This document shows, one piece after another, positions 1 to 8,470 of a DNA stretch of 38,031 nucleotides (positions are counted from its first letter, which is position 1; every line of letters begins with the position of its first letter). This stretch comes from Burkholderiales bacterium. GTDB taxonomy: Bacteria; Pseudomonadota; Gammaproteobacteria; Burkholderiales; Burkholderiaceae_C. The translations under genes and the position numbers were made by a program. Under the pieces are notes generated by a model that ran no database searches, was not told where the DNA came from, and was given only the letters and a program-made list of their open reading frames with translations. The stretch covers positions 1 through 38,031 of the forward strand of contig JANOKY010000184.1 in assembly GCA_031419635.1 (NCBI GenBank), read 5' to 3'.

Positions 1-2
1 CC

Positions 3-33
3 AAATGGAAAACAAGGGGCGTGAAGCCCCTTG
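3..33 (-). terminator. Rho-independent terminator downstream of the rubrerythrin gene
   Basis: An 8-bp stem caaggggc (13-20) / gccccttg (26-33) with a 5-nt loop. Read on the minus strand it is followed by TTTTCCATTT. It starts 21 nt past the stop codon at 55-57. Confidence 0.7.
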
Positions 34-54
34 TCAAGGTGGATGAAATGAGTG

Positions 55-477
55 TCAGTCCACCCGCGCGTCGAGCGCCTTCTGGTAGCGGTTGGCGTGC
101 GAGCGCTCGGCCTTGGCCAGGGTCTCGAACCAATCGGCGATCTCGTCGAAGCCTTCTTCGCGCGCCTGCTTGGCCATGCCCGGGTACATGTCGGTGTACT
201 CGTGCGTTTCGCCGGCCACGGCGGCCTTCAGATTCAGTCGGCTGCCGCCGATCGGCAAGCCGGTGGCCGGATCGCCCGAACCGTTCTCGAGAAACTCGAG
301 GTGGCCGTGCGCATGACCCGTTTCGCCTTCGGCGGTGGAACGGAACAACGCGGCCACGTCGTTCTGGCCTTCGATGTCGGCCTTGTTTGCGAAATACAGA
401 TATCGGCGGTTGGCCTGAGATTCGCCCGCAAAGGCGTCCTTCAGGTTCTGCTCGGTTTTCGATCCTTTCAATCCCAT
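55..477 (-). CDS. Rubrerythrin-family diiron protein (ferritin-like domain only, no rubredoxin domain)
   Basis: ORF 55..498 trimmed to ATG 477, which has AGGAG 8 nt upstream. N-terminus is [26 protein letters not shown]. ExxH diiron motifs are present ([25 protein letters not shown]). There is no C-terminal CxxC pair. Confidence 0.9.
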   Translation of the reverse strand: MGLKGSKTEQNLKDAFAGESQANRRYLYFANKADIEGQNDVAALFRSTAEGETGHAHGHLEFLENGSGDPATGLPIGGSRLNLKAAVAGETHEYTDMYPGMAKQAREEGFDEIADWFETLAKAERSHANRYQKALDARVD

Positions 478-562
478 GTCGCTCTCCTGTTGTGGCAATC
501 GGCGGACTGCAAACGGTATCTCAGGGATGGCGCGGCCGCCAATTCAAAGCCGCTATCCATTT

Positions 563-590
563 GATAGCCAACATCAATATGTTGGATATC
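563..590. promoter_or_regulatory. Candidate operator: 12-bp imperfect inverted repeat in an AT-rich island upstream of rubrerythrin
   Basis: gatagCCAACAT-caat-ATGTTGGatatc. The inner 7 bp are perfect and the outer arms have 1 mismatch. The site lies 86-113 nt upstream of ATG 477 in the only AT-rich stretch of this gap. Confidence 0.4.
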
Positions 591-621
591 ATCAATAGCA
601 TAGATCATGAAGCGCCGACGA

Positions 622-1494
622 TCAAGCTGCCAGCCACTGCAACACCAACCGGTGCAGCCGCGCTCGAGGGGCGACCAGGTCGTCGAGCACACTGAAGTGA
701 TCACGGCCCGGCAGTTCCTCGCACACCGGCACCACCGCCGGGCCCCAGCGCTGGTGGATCAAGCGGTTTTGGCGAAGGAACTCTTCGCTTTCGAGCGCGC
801 CGACCACGCTGATCAAGCGCGCCCCGCTGGGTGCCGCAAACCCGGCTGGGCTGGCGCGCGCCACCACGTCTGGCGTCAAGTGCAGATCGACCTGCAGCGA
901 AGGGGCGGCGGCAATCGGCGCCAAGTCGTACAGACCCGAGATCGACACCGCGCTGCGCACCAACTGCCTCGGCAAGCCCTGGGCCACGCGGCGGCCGTCG
1001 CAGGCCAAGAGCATCGCGGCCAAATGCCCGCCTGCCGAATGGCCGGCCACAACGCAGCGCGCCGTGTCGCCGCCGTGGTGCGCGGCATGCCGGTGCACCC
1101 AGGCCAGCGCCTGTGCCATTTGCATGGCGATGGTGTCGACCTCGATTGCCGGGCACAGCGAATAGTTCGGCACCACCACCATCGCACCGGCGGCAACGAA
1201 AGGCTCGGCAACAAAGGAGAAATCGGCCTTGTCGAGCGAGCGCCAGTAGCCGCCGTGGATGAAGACCAGCACCGGCGCGTTGGCGCGCGCGGCCGGGAAC
1301 ACATCCAGCGTCACCGAGGCGCCGGGCGCGTACGGCAGGTCGAGGTGACAGGGCAATCGCTGCCGCGCCGACACCGAGTGCTCGCGCCAGCGCGCGATGT
1401 GCTGCGCGAATTCGGGCACGCGGCGGCGGTTGTCGTACTGGGTATCGAACCAGGCCGCGTCGTGCGTGGGGATGGTGATGTCGTTGACGGCCAT
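622..1494 (-). CDS. Alpha/beta hydrolase, arylformamidase (AFMID)/esterase-like
   Basis: ORF 622..1515 trimmed to ATG 1494, preceded by GGAGGA. It has an HGGYW oxyanion-hole motif (VFIHGGYWRSL) and a GxSxG nucleophile elbow (VAGHSAGGHL). Confidence 0.8.
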   Translation of the reverse strand: MAVNDITIPTHDAAWFDTQYDNRRRVPEFAQHIARWREHSVSARQRLPCHLDLPYAPGASVTLDVFPAARANAPVLVFIHGGYWRSLDKADFSFVAEPFVAAGAMVVVPNYSLCPAIEVDTIAMQMAQALAWVHRHAAHHGGDTARCVVAGHSAGGHLAAMLLACDGRRVAQGLPRQLVRSAVSISGLYDLAPIAAAPSLQVDLHLTPDVVARASPAGFAAPSGARLISVVGALESEEFLRQNRLIHQRWGPAVVPVCEELPGRDHFSVLDDLVAPRARLHRLVLQWLAA

Positions 1495-1550
1495 GCGGTC
1501 CTCCAGAAGCATCACGCTCTCACGCCGCAGGCGCAGCCGTCAAGCCCGGC

Positions 1551-1561
1551 TGCTATAGAAT
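1551..1561 (+). promoter_or_regulatory. Possible extended -10 promoter for tRNA-Ala
   Basis: tgcTATAGAAT (a TG-n extended -10 / TAGAAT) ends 13 nt before the mature tRNA 5' end. No clear -35 element. Confidence 0.3.
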
Positions 1562-1574
1562 TCGCGCCTGCCGT

Positions 1575-1650
<76 letters not shown>

Positions 1651-1689
1651 TCAGCCGATTTTGCGCAAAGGGCGCGATCCCACCGCCGC

Positions 1690-2556
1690 TCAGCCGACCA
1701 CGCGCATCGACAGATCCACCGCGCGAACATCCTTGGTCAGCTTGCCGATCGAGATGCGGTCCACCCCGGTGGCGGCGATCTCGCGCACCACGCTCAGGTC
1801 GACCCCACCCGAGACTTCAAGCAGCGCGCGGCCGGCGTTCAGGGCCACGGCGCGGCGCATGTCGTCGTGGCTGAAGTCGTCGATCAGCACATTGGTGGCG
1901 CCGCCGGCCAGGGCCTGTTGCAGCTCATCGAGGTTCTCGACCTCGATCTGGATGCCCACGCCGGCATTGAGCGCGCGCGCGGCCTGCAAGGCCGCGGCAA
2001 TGCCGCCGGCCGCGGCGATGTGGTTCTCCTTGATCAGGATGCCGTCCCACAGCGCCATGCGCTGGTTGCGCCCTCCCCCCACGCGCACCGCGTACTTCTG
2101 TGCTTGGCGCAGGCCGGGCAAGGTCTTGCGCGTGTCGAGCACGGCGCAGCCGCGCGGGTTGGGCGACGCGCCGGTGATCGCTTCGACGTACTGGCGCGTC
2201 GTGCCGGCCACCGCCGACAGCGTCTGCAGGAAGTTCAATGCCGGCCGCTCGGCACTGAGCAGCGCGCGCGCGTCGCTGTCGATTCGGCAGACCTGCGCGC
2301 CGGCCGCCACTGCGCCACCTTCGGCCACCCGCCAGTCGACGCGTGCGGCCGCGTCCAGGGCCTGCACGCAGGCTTCGAACCAGGGCCGCCCACAGATCAC
2401 CGCGGCTTCCTTGGCCAGCACCTGGGCCTGCACGCGGCGCCCGGCAGGCACCAATTGGGCGGTCCAGTCGCCGCGGCCGATGTCCTCCATCAGCGCGTCG
2501 CGCACATTGCGCGCCAGAGCCTGCTCCAGGGTCTCGTTGTCGTCGAAGTGCATCAT
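1690..2556 (-). CDS. nadC: Nicotinate-nucleotide diphosphorylase (quinolinate phosphoribosyltransferase)
   Basis: This is the C-terminal 288 aa of ORF 1690..3363, starting at [14 protein letters not shown]. Typical NadC segments are present: [65 protein letters not shown]. The upstream 269 aa are Arg/Gly-rich junk antisense to tonB. Confidence 0.93.
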   Translation of the reverse strand: MMHFDDNETLEQALARNVRDALMEDIGRGDWTAQLVPAGRRVQAQVLAKEAAVICGRPWFEACVQALDAAARVDWRVAEGGAVAAGAQVCRIDSDARALLSAERPALNFLQTLSAVAGTTRQYVEAITGASPNPRGCAVLDTRKTLPGLRQAQKYAVRVGGGRNQRMALWDGILIKENHIAAAGGIAAALQAARALNAGVGIQIEVENLDELQQALAGGATNVLIDDFSHDDMRRAVALNAGRALLEVSGGVDLSVVREIAATGVDRISIGKLTKDVRAVDLSMRVVG

Positions 2557-2805
2557 GCCGCGCAGTATCACCCGCCACAGCGGGACGGTTGCGATGATGA
2601 AATCGGCTGTAACTGTTGGCCCTTGACTTGCATTTTCCCTAGGGTGATGCACCAAGAGGCCGCCTCGGGCTTTGGCGATATATTCCCGGCCTTCGCTGTA
2701 CTTGTCACTGCGGCGGAAGTTGGCGGCACTTGATGCTGCAGCAACCCACAAGGTTGTCGATTGGCACACGCAGCGTCCGCGCAGCGCGACGTCTGGAGGA
2801 ATGGA

Positions 2806-3486
2806 TTGAATTACGCCGAGCAACAACGCGATCCCAGCAAGCATGCGATCGGGATCGGCATCGTCATCGTGATGCACATCTTGCTGGGCTATGCGTTGCT
2901 CAACGGGCTGGCGCGCACGGTGATCGACGTGATCAAGGGGCCGATCGAAACCAAGATCATCGAAGAAACCAAGCCGCCGCCACCACCGCCGGAAAACCTG
3001 CCGCCGCCGCCCAAGTTCGCGCCGCCGCCGCCGAGCTTCGTGCCGCCGCCCGAGGTGGTGGTCAACCCCCCGCCGACACCGGCCCCCACCATCACCACCA
3101 CCACGGTGGCGCCACCACCGGCACCGCCGGTGGTGATTGCGCCCACCGCCCCGGCGCCGCCGGCACCCCCGGCGCCACCGCGGGTGGCGGCACGCGCAGC
3201 GATCGGCAACGTCTCGGCCTGCGCGCCGACCAGCGATGACTATCCCGCCGTCGCACTCAAGGAAGAGGCCACCGGCACGACCAAGATCCGCTTCACCGTC
3301 GATGCGGCGGGCAAGCTGGCTGGCGCCGATGTGGTCAGGTCGGCCGGCGCATCGCGTGCGCACAAGGCGCTCGACCGCGTGGCCGTGACCAAACTCAGCG
3401 AATGCAAGTTCTCCGCGGGCCTGGATGAAAACGGCCGCGCCGTGGGCAGCTCATTCGATGTTGAGTATGTTTGGAAACTGAATTGA
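2806..3486 (+). CDS. tonB: Energy transducer TonB
   Basis: ORF 2761..3486. I prefer the TTG at 2806, which has GGAGG 6 nt upstream. The protein has a short cytoplasmic N-terminus, a TM segment (IGIGIVIVMHILLGYALLNGL), a long Pro-rich spacer (KPPPPPPENLPPPPKFAPPPPSFVPPPEVV) and a C-terminal TonB_C-like domain. The start is uncertain; 2761 is the alternative. Confidence 0.88.
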   Translation: MNYAEQQRDPSKHAIGIGIVIVMHILLGYALLNGLARTVIDVIKGPIETKIIEETKPPPPPPENLPPPPKFAPPPPSFVPPPEVVVNPPPTPAPTITTTTVAPPPAPPVVIAPTAPAPPAPPAPPRVAARAAIGNVSACAPTSDDYPAVALKEEATGTTKIRFTVDAAGKLAGADVVRSAGASRAHKALDRVAVTKLSECKFSAGLDENGRAVGSSFDVEYVWKLN

Positions 3487-3571
3487 GCGGCCGCACCGGC
3501 ATCTTCGATTCACTGTTGTTCGGTACCAGCGCGGCTCAAGCCACCATGCGCGTTCGTTCTCTGGAGGAACC

Positions 3572-4423
3572 ATGTCTTTGACCCATCTTGTCCGCGCGCC
3601 CTTTGTTGCCGCTTTGTTCGCCCTGGCCACCGTGGCCTCGAGCCTGCCGACCGCGGCGCTGGCGCAGGCCTCGGCGCCCGCAGCCGAAGCCGCAGCGCCG
3701 GCCGCGGCGCCTGCCGCACCGGCGCCCACCGCGGCACCCGCCGGGCCGACGGTGACCAAGGAATCCGTCGACAACCCCTACGGCCTGAACGCGCTCTGGA
3801 CCCAGGGTGATTTCGTCGCCCGCGGCACGCTGATCATCATGGTCATCATGTCGATGGGCAGTTGGTACATCATTTTTACCAAGCTGTTCGAGCAGGGCAA
3901 GTTGATGCGCAGCGCCAAGGCCGCCAATGCCAGCTTCTGGGCCGCGGGCTCGATCAAGAAGGGCGCCGAAGGCCTGGACGAAAGCAGCGCCTACCGCTAC
4001 ATCGCCGAGAGTGGCCTCAAGGCCAGCGACCACCACGAGGGCACGATGGTCGAAGCCATCGACAAGCACACCTGGATCGGCATGAGCATCCAACGCTCGG
4101 TCGACAACATCCAGAGCCGGCTGACGGACGGGCTGGCCTTCCTGGCCACCGTCGGTTCGACGGCGCCGTTCGTCGGCCTGTTCGGCACGGTCTGGGGCAT
4201 CTACCACGCCCTCACCGCCATCGGCGTGTCGGGCCAGGCCTCGATCGACAAGGTGGCCGGCCCGGTGGGCGAGGCGCTGATCATGACCGCCTTCGGCCTG
4301 GCTGTGGCGGTGCCGGCGGTGATGGGCTACAACTGGCTGATCCGCCGCAACAAGGGTGCGATGGAAAACGTGCGCACCTTCTCGGGCGACCTGCTCAACG
4401 TGCTGCTGGCCGGCAAACGCTGA
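3572..4423 (+). CDS. exbB: MotA/TolQ/ExbB proton-channel protein with N-terminal signal peptide and Ala/Pro-rich extension
   Basis: GGAGG RBS upstream. Signal-peptide-like N-terminus MSLTHLVRAPFVAALFALATVASSLPTAALAQA, then an AP-rich linker. The ExbB core is recognisable: GSTAPFVGLFGTVWGIYHAL and GPVGEALIMTAFGLAVAVPAVMGYN. Confidence 0.9.
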   Translation: MSLTHLVRAPFVAALFALATVASSLPTAALAQASAPAAEAAAPAAAPAAPAPTAAPAGPTVTKESVDNPYGLNALWTQGDFVARGTLIIMVIMSMGSWYIIFTKLFEQGKLMRSAKAANASFWAAGSIKKGAEGLDESSAYRYIAESGLKASDHHEGTMVEAIDKHTWIGMSIQRSVDNIQSRLTDGLAFLATVGSTAPFVGLFGTVWGIYHALTAIGVSGQASIDKVAGPVGEALIMTAFGLAVAVPAVMGYNWLIRRNKGAMENVRTFSGDLLNVLLAGKR

Positions 4424-4457
4424 TCGACCACCCGAACGATCCGCCAGGAGACTGCAC

Positions 4458-4895
4458 ATGGCCATGAACGTAGCCTCGGCCGATGGCGACGAAGAGGAGA
4501 TGAACTCGACCATCAACACCACGCCGCTGGTCGACGTGATGCTGGTGCTGTTGATCATCTTCCTGATCACCATCCCGGTGGTCACGCAGAGCATCAAGCT
4601 CGCGCTGCCCAAGGAGCGCAATGTCCCGACGCAGACCAAGCCCGAAAACATCGTCATCGCGGTCAACCGCGACGGCGAAGTCCATTGGAATCTCGAACGC
4701 CTGCCCGACATCGAGACCCTGGTCACCCGGCTCAAGCTGGTGGCCGTCAAGGAACCACAGCCCGAAGTGCACATCCGCGGCGACGGCGAAGTGCGCTATG
4801 AGTCGGTCGGCCGCGTCGTCGTGGCCTGCCAGCGCGCCGGCATCCTCAAAGTCGGTTTCATCACCGAGCCGCCACCCGGCCCCGTGTCGCGGTAA
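4458..4895 (+). CDS. exbD: Biopolymer transporter ExbD/TolR, copy 1
   Basis: ORF 4356..4895 trimmed to ATG 4458, preceded by AGGAG. Shows the ExbD signature INTTPLVDVMLVLLIIFLIT. Confidence 0.9.
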   Translation: MAMNVASADGDEEEMNSTINTTPLVDVMLVLLIIFLITIPVVTQSIKLALPKERNVPTQTKPENIVIAVNRDGEVHWNLERLPDIETLVTRLKLVAVKEPQPEVHIRGDGEVRYESVGRVVVACQRAGILKVGFITEPPPGPVSR

Positions 4896-4907
4896 GGAGC
4901 AAATGAA

Positions 4908-5330
4908 ATGTCGATGCAAGTAGGTGGCAGCGGCGGCGAAGACGCCCCGATGATCGAGATGAACATGACGCCGCTGATCGACGTCATGCTGGTGCTGTTG
5001 ATCATGTTCATCATCACCATCCCGATCCAGACCCATGCGGTGAAGATGAACATGCCGATCCCGAGCAACGCGCAGCCCAAGGAGCCGCGCCCGCCGATCC
5101 GCGTCGACATCGACTTCGACGGCACCATCGGCTGGAACGGTGTGGCTGTCACACGCGACGAATTGCAGGCCAAGCTGCGCGAAGTGGCCGCCGAGCCCGA
5201 CCAGCAGGAAGTGCACATGCGGCCGAACAAACTCGTGACCTACAAGAACGTCGCCTTCGTGATGGCCAGCGCGCAGCGCCTGGGCGTGACCAAGATCGGC
5301 CTGGTGGGCAACGAACAGTTCATGAACTGA
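4908..5330 (+). CDS. exbD: Biopolymer transporter ExbD/TolR, copy 2
   Basis: AAGGAG lies 8 nt upstream. Shows the signature NMTPLIDVMLVLLIMFIITIP. It is a paralogue of the preceding gene. Confidence 0.9.
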   Translation: MSMQVGGSGGEDAPMIEMNMTPLIDVMLVLLIMFIITIPIQTHAVKMNMPIPSNAQPKEPRPPIRVDIDFDGTIGWNGVAVTRDELQAKLREVAAEPDQQEVHMRPNKLVTYKNVAFVMASAQRLGVTKIGLVGNEQFMN

Positions 5331-5334
5331 AGCC

Positions 5335-6561
5335 ATGAAATCGATCCGCGTCCTGACCGCTACGCTGCTCACTGCCCTGCTAGCCGCTGGCCCGATGGGC
5401 ACGGCCCTGGCGCAGGGCATCCGCCCCGAAGTCGGCAAGCCGCTGCAGCAAGCGAGTGACCTGCTCAAGGCCGGCAAGGCCCGTGAGGCTCTGGCCAAGG
5501 CCCGCGAAGCCGATGCGGCGGGCGGCAAGAACCCGACCGAGCAGGTGTTGATCGACCGCATGAAAGGCGCCGCCGCGCAACGCACCGGCGACACCGGCAC
5601 GGCGATCGCGGCCTTCGAGTCGGCGATGGCGTCGGGCCGGCTGTCGGGCAGCGAGCAGGCACAGATCGCCGAATCGCTGGCCTTCGCCTACTCGCAAAAC
5701 AAGAACTGGGCCAAGACCACGGAGTGGGCCAACCGCGCCCGCGCCGCCGGCGGCAACAGCCCGCAACTGCACCAGTTGATCGCCTATGTGCAATCGCAAA
5801 ACGGCGACTACTCGCAGATCTTCAAGGAATCGCAAGCCCAGGTGTCTGCCGCCGAACAGGCCGGCCGCCGCCCCGGCGAAGACGACCTGCTGCGCCTGGC
5901 CGACGCCGCCAAGCGGCTGAACAACAACGCCGTGTTCTCGCATGCGCTGGAGCGCCTGGTGCTGAACTACCCGAAGAAGGACTACTGGAACGCCCACCTG
6001 GCCGCGCTGCAACGCAAGCCCGGCTTCGCCGACCGGCTGGGCCTGGACGTGATGCGCCTGAAGCTCGCCAACGGCCTGATCACCAAAACCGACGACTTCA
6101 TGGAGATGACGCAATTGGCGCTGCAAGCTGGCTTCCCGGTCGAGGCCAAGACGATCATCGACAAGGGCTATGCCGCGGGCGCGCTGGGCACGGGCGATCA
6201 AGCCGCACGCCATCAACGGCTCAAGGATCTGGTGCTCAAGCAGCAGACCGAAAGCGCCGCCGGCATTGCCAAAGACGCCACCGAAGCGGCAGCCATGAAA
6301 GACGGCAACGACCTGGTCAAGGCCGGCACCGTCTACGCCTCGATGGGCCAGACCGACATGGCCGTCGAGCTGATCGAAAAAGGCCTCGCCAAAGGCGGCC
6401 TGAAGCGCCCCGACGACGCCAAGCTGCGCCTGGCACTGGCCCTGGCGCAAGCGCCGAAGACCCGCGCCAAGGGCGTGCAGATGCTGCGCGCCGTGACCGG
6501 CAGCGACGGCACCGCCGACGTGGCCAAGCTGTACGCGGTGGTGGTGCAGCAGCAGGGCTGA
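5335..6561 (+). CDS. Secreted TPR-like helical-repeat protein, last gene of the tonB-exbBD cluster
   Basis: Signal peptide MKSIRVLTATLLTALLAAGPMGTALAQG. The remainder is Ala/Leu/Lys-rich and helical-repeat-like. It starts 4 nt after the exbD2 stop. Family assignment rests on composition and context only. Confidence 0.6.
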   Translation: MKSIRVLTATLLTALLAAGPMGTALAQGIRPEVGKPLQQASDLLKAGKAREALAKAREADAAGGKNPTEQVLIDRMKGAAAQRTGDTGTAIAAFESAMASGRLSGSEQAQIAESLAFAYSQNKNWAKTTEWANRARAAGGNSPQLHQLIAYVQSQNGDYSQIFKESQAQVSAAEQAGRRPGEDDLLRLADAAKRLNNNAVFSHALERLVLNYPKKDYWNAHLAALQRKPGFADRLGLDVMRLKLANGLITKTDDFMEMTQLALQAGFPVEAKTIIDKGYAAGALGTGDQAARHQRLKDLVLKQQTESAAGIAKDATEAAAMKDGNDLVKAGTVYASMGQTDMAVELIEKGLAKGGLKRPDDAKLRLALALAQAPKTRAKGVQMLRAVTGSDGTADVAKLYAVVVQQQG

Positions 6562-6604
6562 GGCTTGCCCTGCGCGGGCATGGCGGCTGCCTAGAATCGC
6601 CGCC

Positions 6605-7579
6605 ATGTCCAAGGCCCTGCCCGACTTCATCGACGACCTCGGCAGCGGCGTCTACGCCATCGACACCGGCTTTCAGCGCCCGCGCTTCGACGCGGCGTAT
6701 CTCGTCGTTGCCAACGGCCGCGCGGCTTTCATCGACACGGGGCCGAACCCCGCGGTGCCGCGGCTGCTGGCCGCGCTCGAAGCCCTCGGCCTGGCGCGCG
6801 ACGCGGTCGATTTCGTCATCCCAACCCATGTGCACCTCGACCATGCCGGCGGCGCGGGCCTGCTGATGCGCGAGTTGCCCGGGGCGACGATGCTGGTGCA
6901 CCCGCGTGGCGCGCGGCACATGATCGACCCGAGCGCTTTGTATGAGGGTTCGCTGGCGGTCTACGGGCAGGCCGAGATGGCGCGCTCCTATGGCACCCTC
7001 ATTGCGGTCGATGCAACGCGCGTGCGGCTCAGCCACGACGGCATGGACCTCACGCTCGGTGGCGCGCGCGTGCTGCATTTCATCGACACCCCCGGCCATG
7101 CCCTGCACCACCACTGCGTGTGGGACGCGGCCACCCGCGGCTGGTTCACCGGCGACACCTTCGGTTCCTCGTACCGTGAGTTCGACACGGCGCACGGCGC
7201 CTGGCAGTTCCCCACCACCGTGCCGATGCAACTCGACCCGCAAGCCCTGCGCGCCTCGGTCGAGCGCCTGCTGTCGTTCGAGCCGGTGTGCATGTACCTC
7301 ACGCACTACAGCCGCATCGGCGACGTGCCGCGCGCCGCCGCCAGCTTGTTGGCGATGCTCGACGCGATGGTGGCCATCGCCGAGCGCGAGCGCAGCGCGC
7401 CGGACCGGCACGCCGCGCTGGTGCGCGAACTGGCGGCGCTGTACGGCGCCAGCCTGGCCGCGCATGGTGTCGAGCGCGCGCAAGAGAAACTCGCCTTGCT
7501 GGCGCTGGACATCGAACTCAACGCGCAGGGCCTGGGCGTGTGGCTGGACCGCGAAGCAAAGAAAGCAGGCAGGGTATGA
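6605..7579 (+). CDS. MBL-fold metallo-hydrolase
   Basis: HxHxDH motif in IPTHVHLDHAGGAG, with downstream His/Asp ligand regions (IDTPGHALHH). Confidence 0.85.
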   Translation: MSKALPDFIDDLGSGVYAIDTGFQRPRFDAAYLVVANGRAAFIDTGPNPAVPRLLAALEALGLARDAVDFVIPTHVHLDHAGGAGLLMRELPGATMLVHPRGARHMIDPSALYEGSLAVYGQAEMARSYGTLIAVDATRVRLSHDGMDLTLGGARVLHFIDTPGHALHHHCVWDAATRGWFTGDTFGSSYREFDTAHGAWQFPTTVPMQLDPQALRASVERLLSFEPVCMYLTHYSRIGDVPRAAASLLAMLDAMVAIAERERSAPDRHAALVRELAALYGASLAAHGVERAQEKLALLALDIELNAQGLGVWLDREAKKAGRV

Positions 7580-8376
7580 GCAGCGAGATCCACTTCGGTT
7601 TGCAAGGCCGCGCCTTCATCGTCACCGGCGGCGCCCAAGGCATCGGCGAGGCCTGCGCGCGCCGCGTGGTGGCCGATGGTGCGGCGGTGGCGCTGTGGGA
7701 TGTCGACGATGCCCACGGCACGGCGCTCGCCGCAGCGTTGTCGGCGGGCGGCGCGCGGGTGACCTACCAGCATTGCAATGTCGCGAGCAAGCGCGAGGTC
7801 GACGCGGCGCTGGCCGCCACGATGGCGGCGCTGGGCCGCGTCGACGGCCTGGTCAACAACGCCGGCATCTTCAAGGCCGCGCCGTTTCTCGATATCAGCG
7901 AAGCCGACTGGGACGCGGTTATCAACGTAAATCTCAAAGGCCACTTCCTCGTCGGCCAGGCGGTGGCGCGGCAGTTGGTCGCTCAACGCGCCACAGACGG
8001 CGGCGGCGGCGGCGCCATCGTGAACATGAGTTCGGTCAATGCGCGCCTGACGATCGCGGCGATCGCCAGCTACAACGCCAGCAAGGGCGGCATCGATCAA
8101 CTCACGCGCGTGATGGCGCTGGCCCTGGCCGAGCACGGCATTCGCGTCAACGGCGTCGCGCCCGGCACGATAGCCACCGAACTGGCCGCCAAGGCGGTGC
8201 TGACCAGCGACGAAGCCAAGGCCCGCATCATGAGCCGCACACCGATGAAGCGCCTGGGCGAACCGGCCGAGATCGCCGCGGTGGTGGCCTTCCTGCTCAG
8301 CGACGCCGCCAGCTACATGACCGGCGAGACCGTGCTTGTCGATGGCGGACGCATGACGCTGAACTACACGGTTTGA
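7576..8376 (+). CDS. SDR-family oxidoreductase
   Basis: ORF 7288..8376 trimmed to ATG 7576, which forms an ATGA overlap with the MBL stop. Motifs: TGGAQGIG cofactor motif, NNAG, and catalytic YNASK. Confidence 0.9.
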   Translation: MSSEIHFGLQGRAFIVTGGAQGIGEACARRVVADGAAVALWDVDDAHGTALAAALSAGGARVTYQHCNVASKREVDAALAATMAALGRVDGLVNNAGIFKAAPFLDISEADWDAVINVNLKGHFLVGQAVARQLVAQRATDGGGGGAIVNMSSVNARLTIAAIASYNASKGGIDQLTRVMALALAEHGIRVNGVAPGTIATELAAKAVLTSDEAKARIMSRTPMKRLGEPAEIAAVVAFLLSDAASYMTGETVLVDGGRMTLNYTV

Positions 8377-8404
8377 GCGCGCCGGGCCGCCCCAAGCGCG
8401 AACA

Positions 8405-8466
8405 CCCCCTGTGGCGCGGAACGAGCCACTTTGTGGCCCTGGGGGCGGCGCGCAGCGCCTCGGGGG
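8405..8466 (+). repeat. GC-rich palindromic intergenic element (REP-like), copy A
   Basis: CCCCC-tGTGGC-gcggaacga-GCCAC-tttGTGGCCCT-GGGGG-cggcgcgcagcgcc-TCGGGGG. It shares the GTGGCCC..GGGGG..N14-17..TYGGGGG core with copies at 16445, 21361 and 31320. Confidence 0.55.
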
Positions 8467-8470
8467 CACC

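Noticed and set aside
586-604. Fur box upstream of rubrerythrin (GATATCATCAATAGCATAG)
   Set aside because: Only about 7 of 19 positions match the GATAATGATAATCATTATC consensus by eye. I kept it only as part of a generic candidate operator region.
2762-2777. Sigma-54 promoter (TGGCAC-N5-..GC) upstream of tonB
   Set aside because: The -12 element is out of register: GCGT instead of TTGC, with GC displaced by 2 nt. Other TGGCAC hits (15731, 22591) lie inside coding sequence or lack a -12 element.
1690-3363. 557-aa ORF extending nadC far upstream
   Set aside because: NadC similarity begins at MMHFDD (2556). The extra 269 aa are Arg/Gly/His-rich low complexity and lie antisense to the well-supported tonB gene. 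This is a typical high-GC open-frame artefact.
3536-4774. Long antisense shadow ORFs, including 3536..4774(-), 4395..5600(-), 5380..6630(-), 6317..7483(-), 7306..8532(-), 8297..9715(-), 9897..10964(-), 11854..12996(+), 16806..17993(+), 18843..20102(-), 20317..21348(-), 28678..30426(+), 30588..31352(+), 34343..35737(+) and 37082..37933(-)
   Set aside because: All lie opposite or out of frame to genes with clear family signatures. Their translations are Arg/Gly/Ala/His/Pro-rich with no recognisable motifs. Stop-codon scarcity in high-GC DNA explains them.
8377-8470. yybP-ykoY (Mn2+) riboswitch upstream of the UPF0016 transporter
   Set aside because: I could not find the conserved GGGGAGUAG-type loop sequences or the four-helix layout. 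The region instead matches the dispersed GC-rich repeat family.
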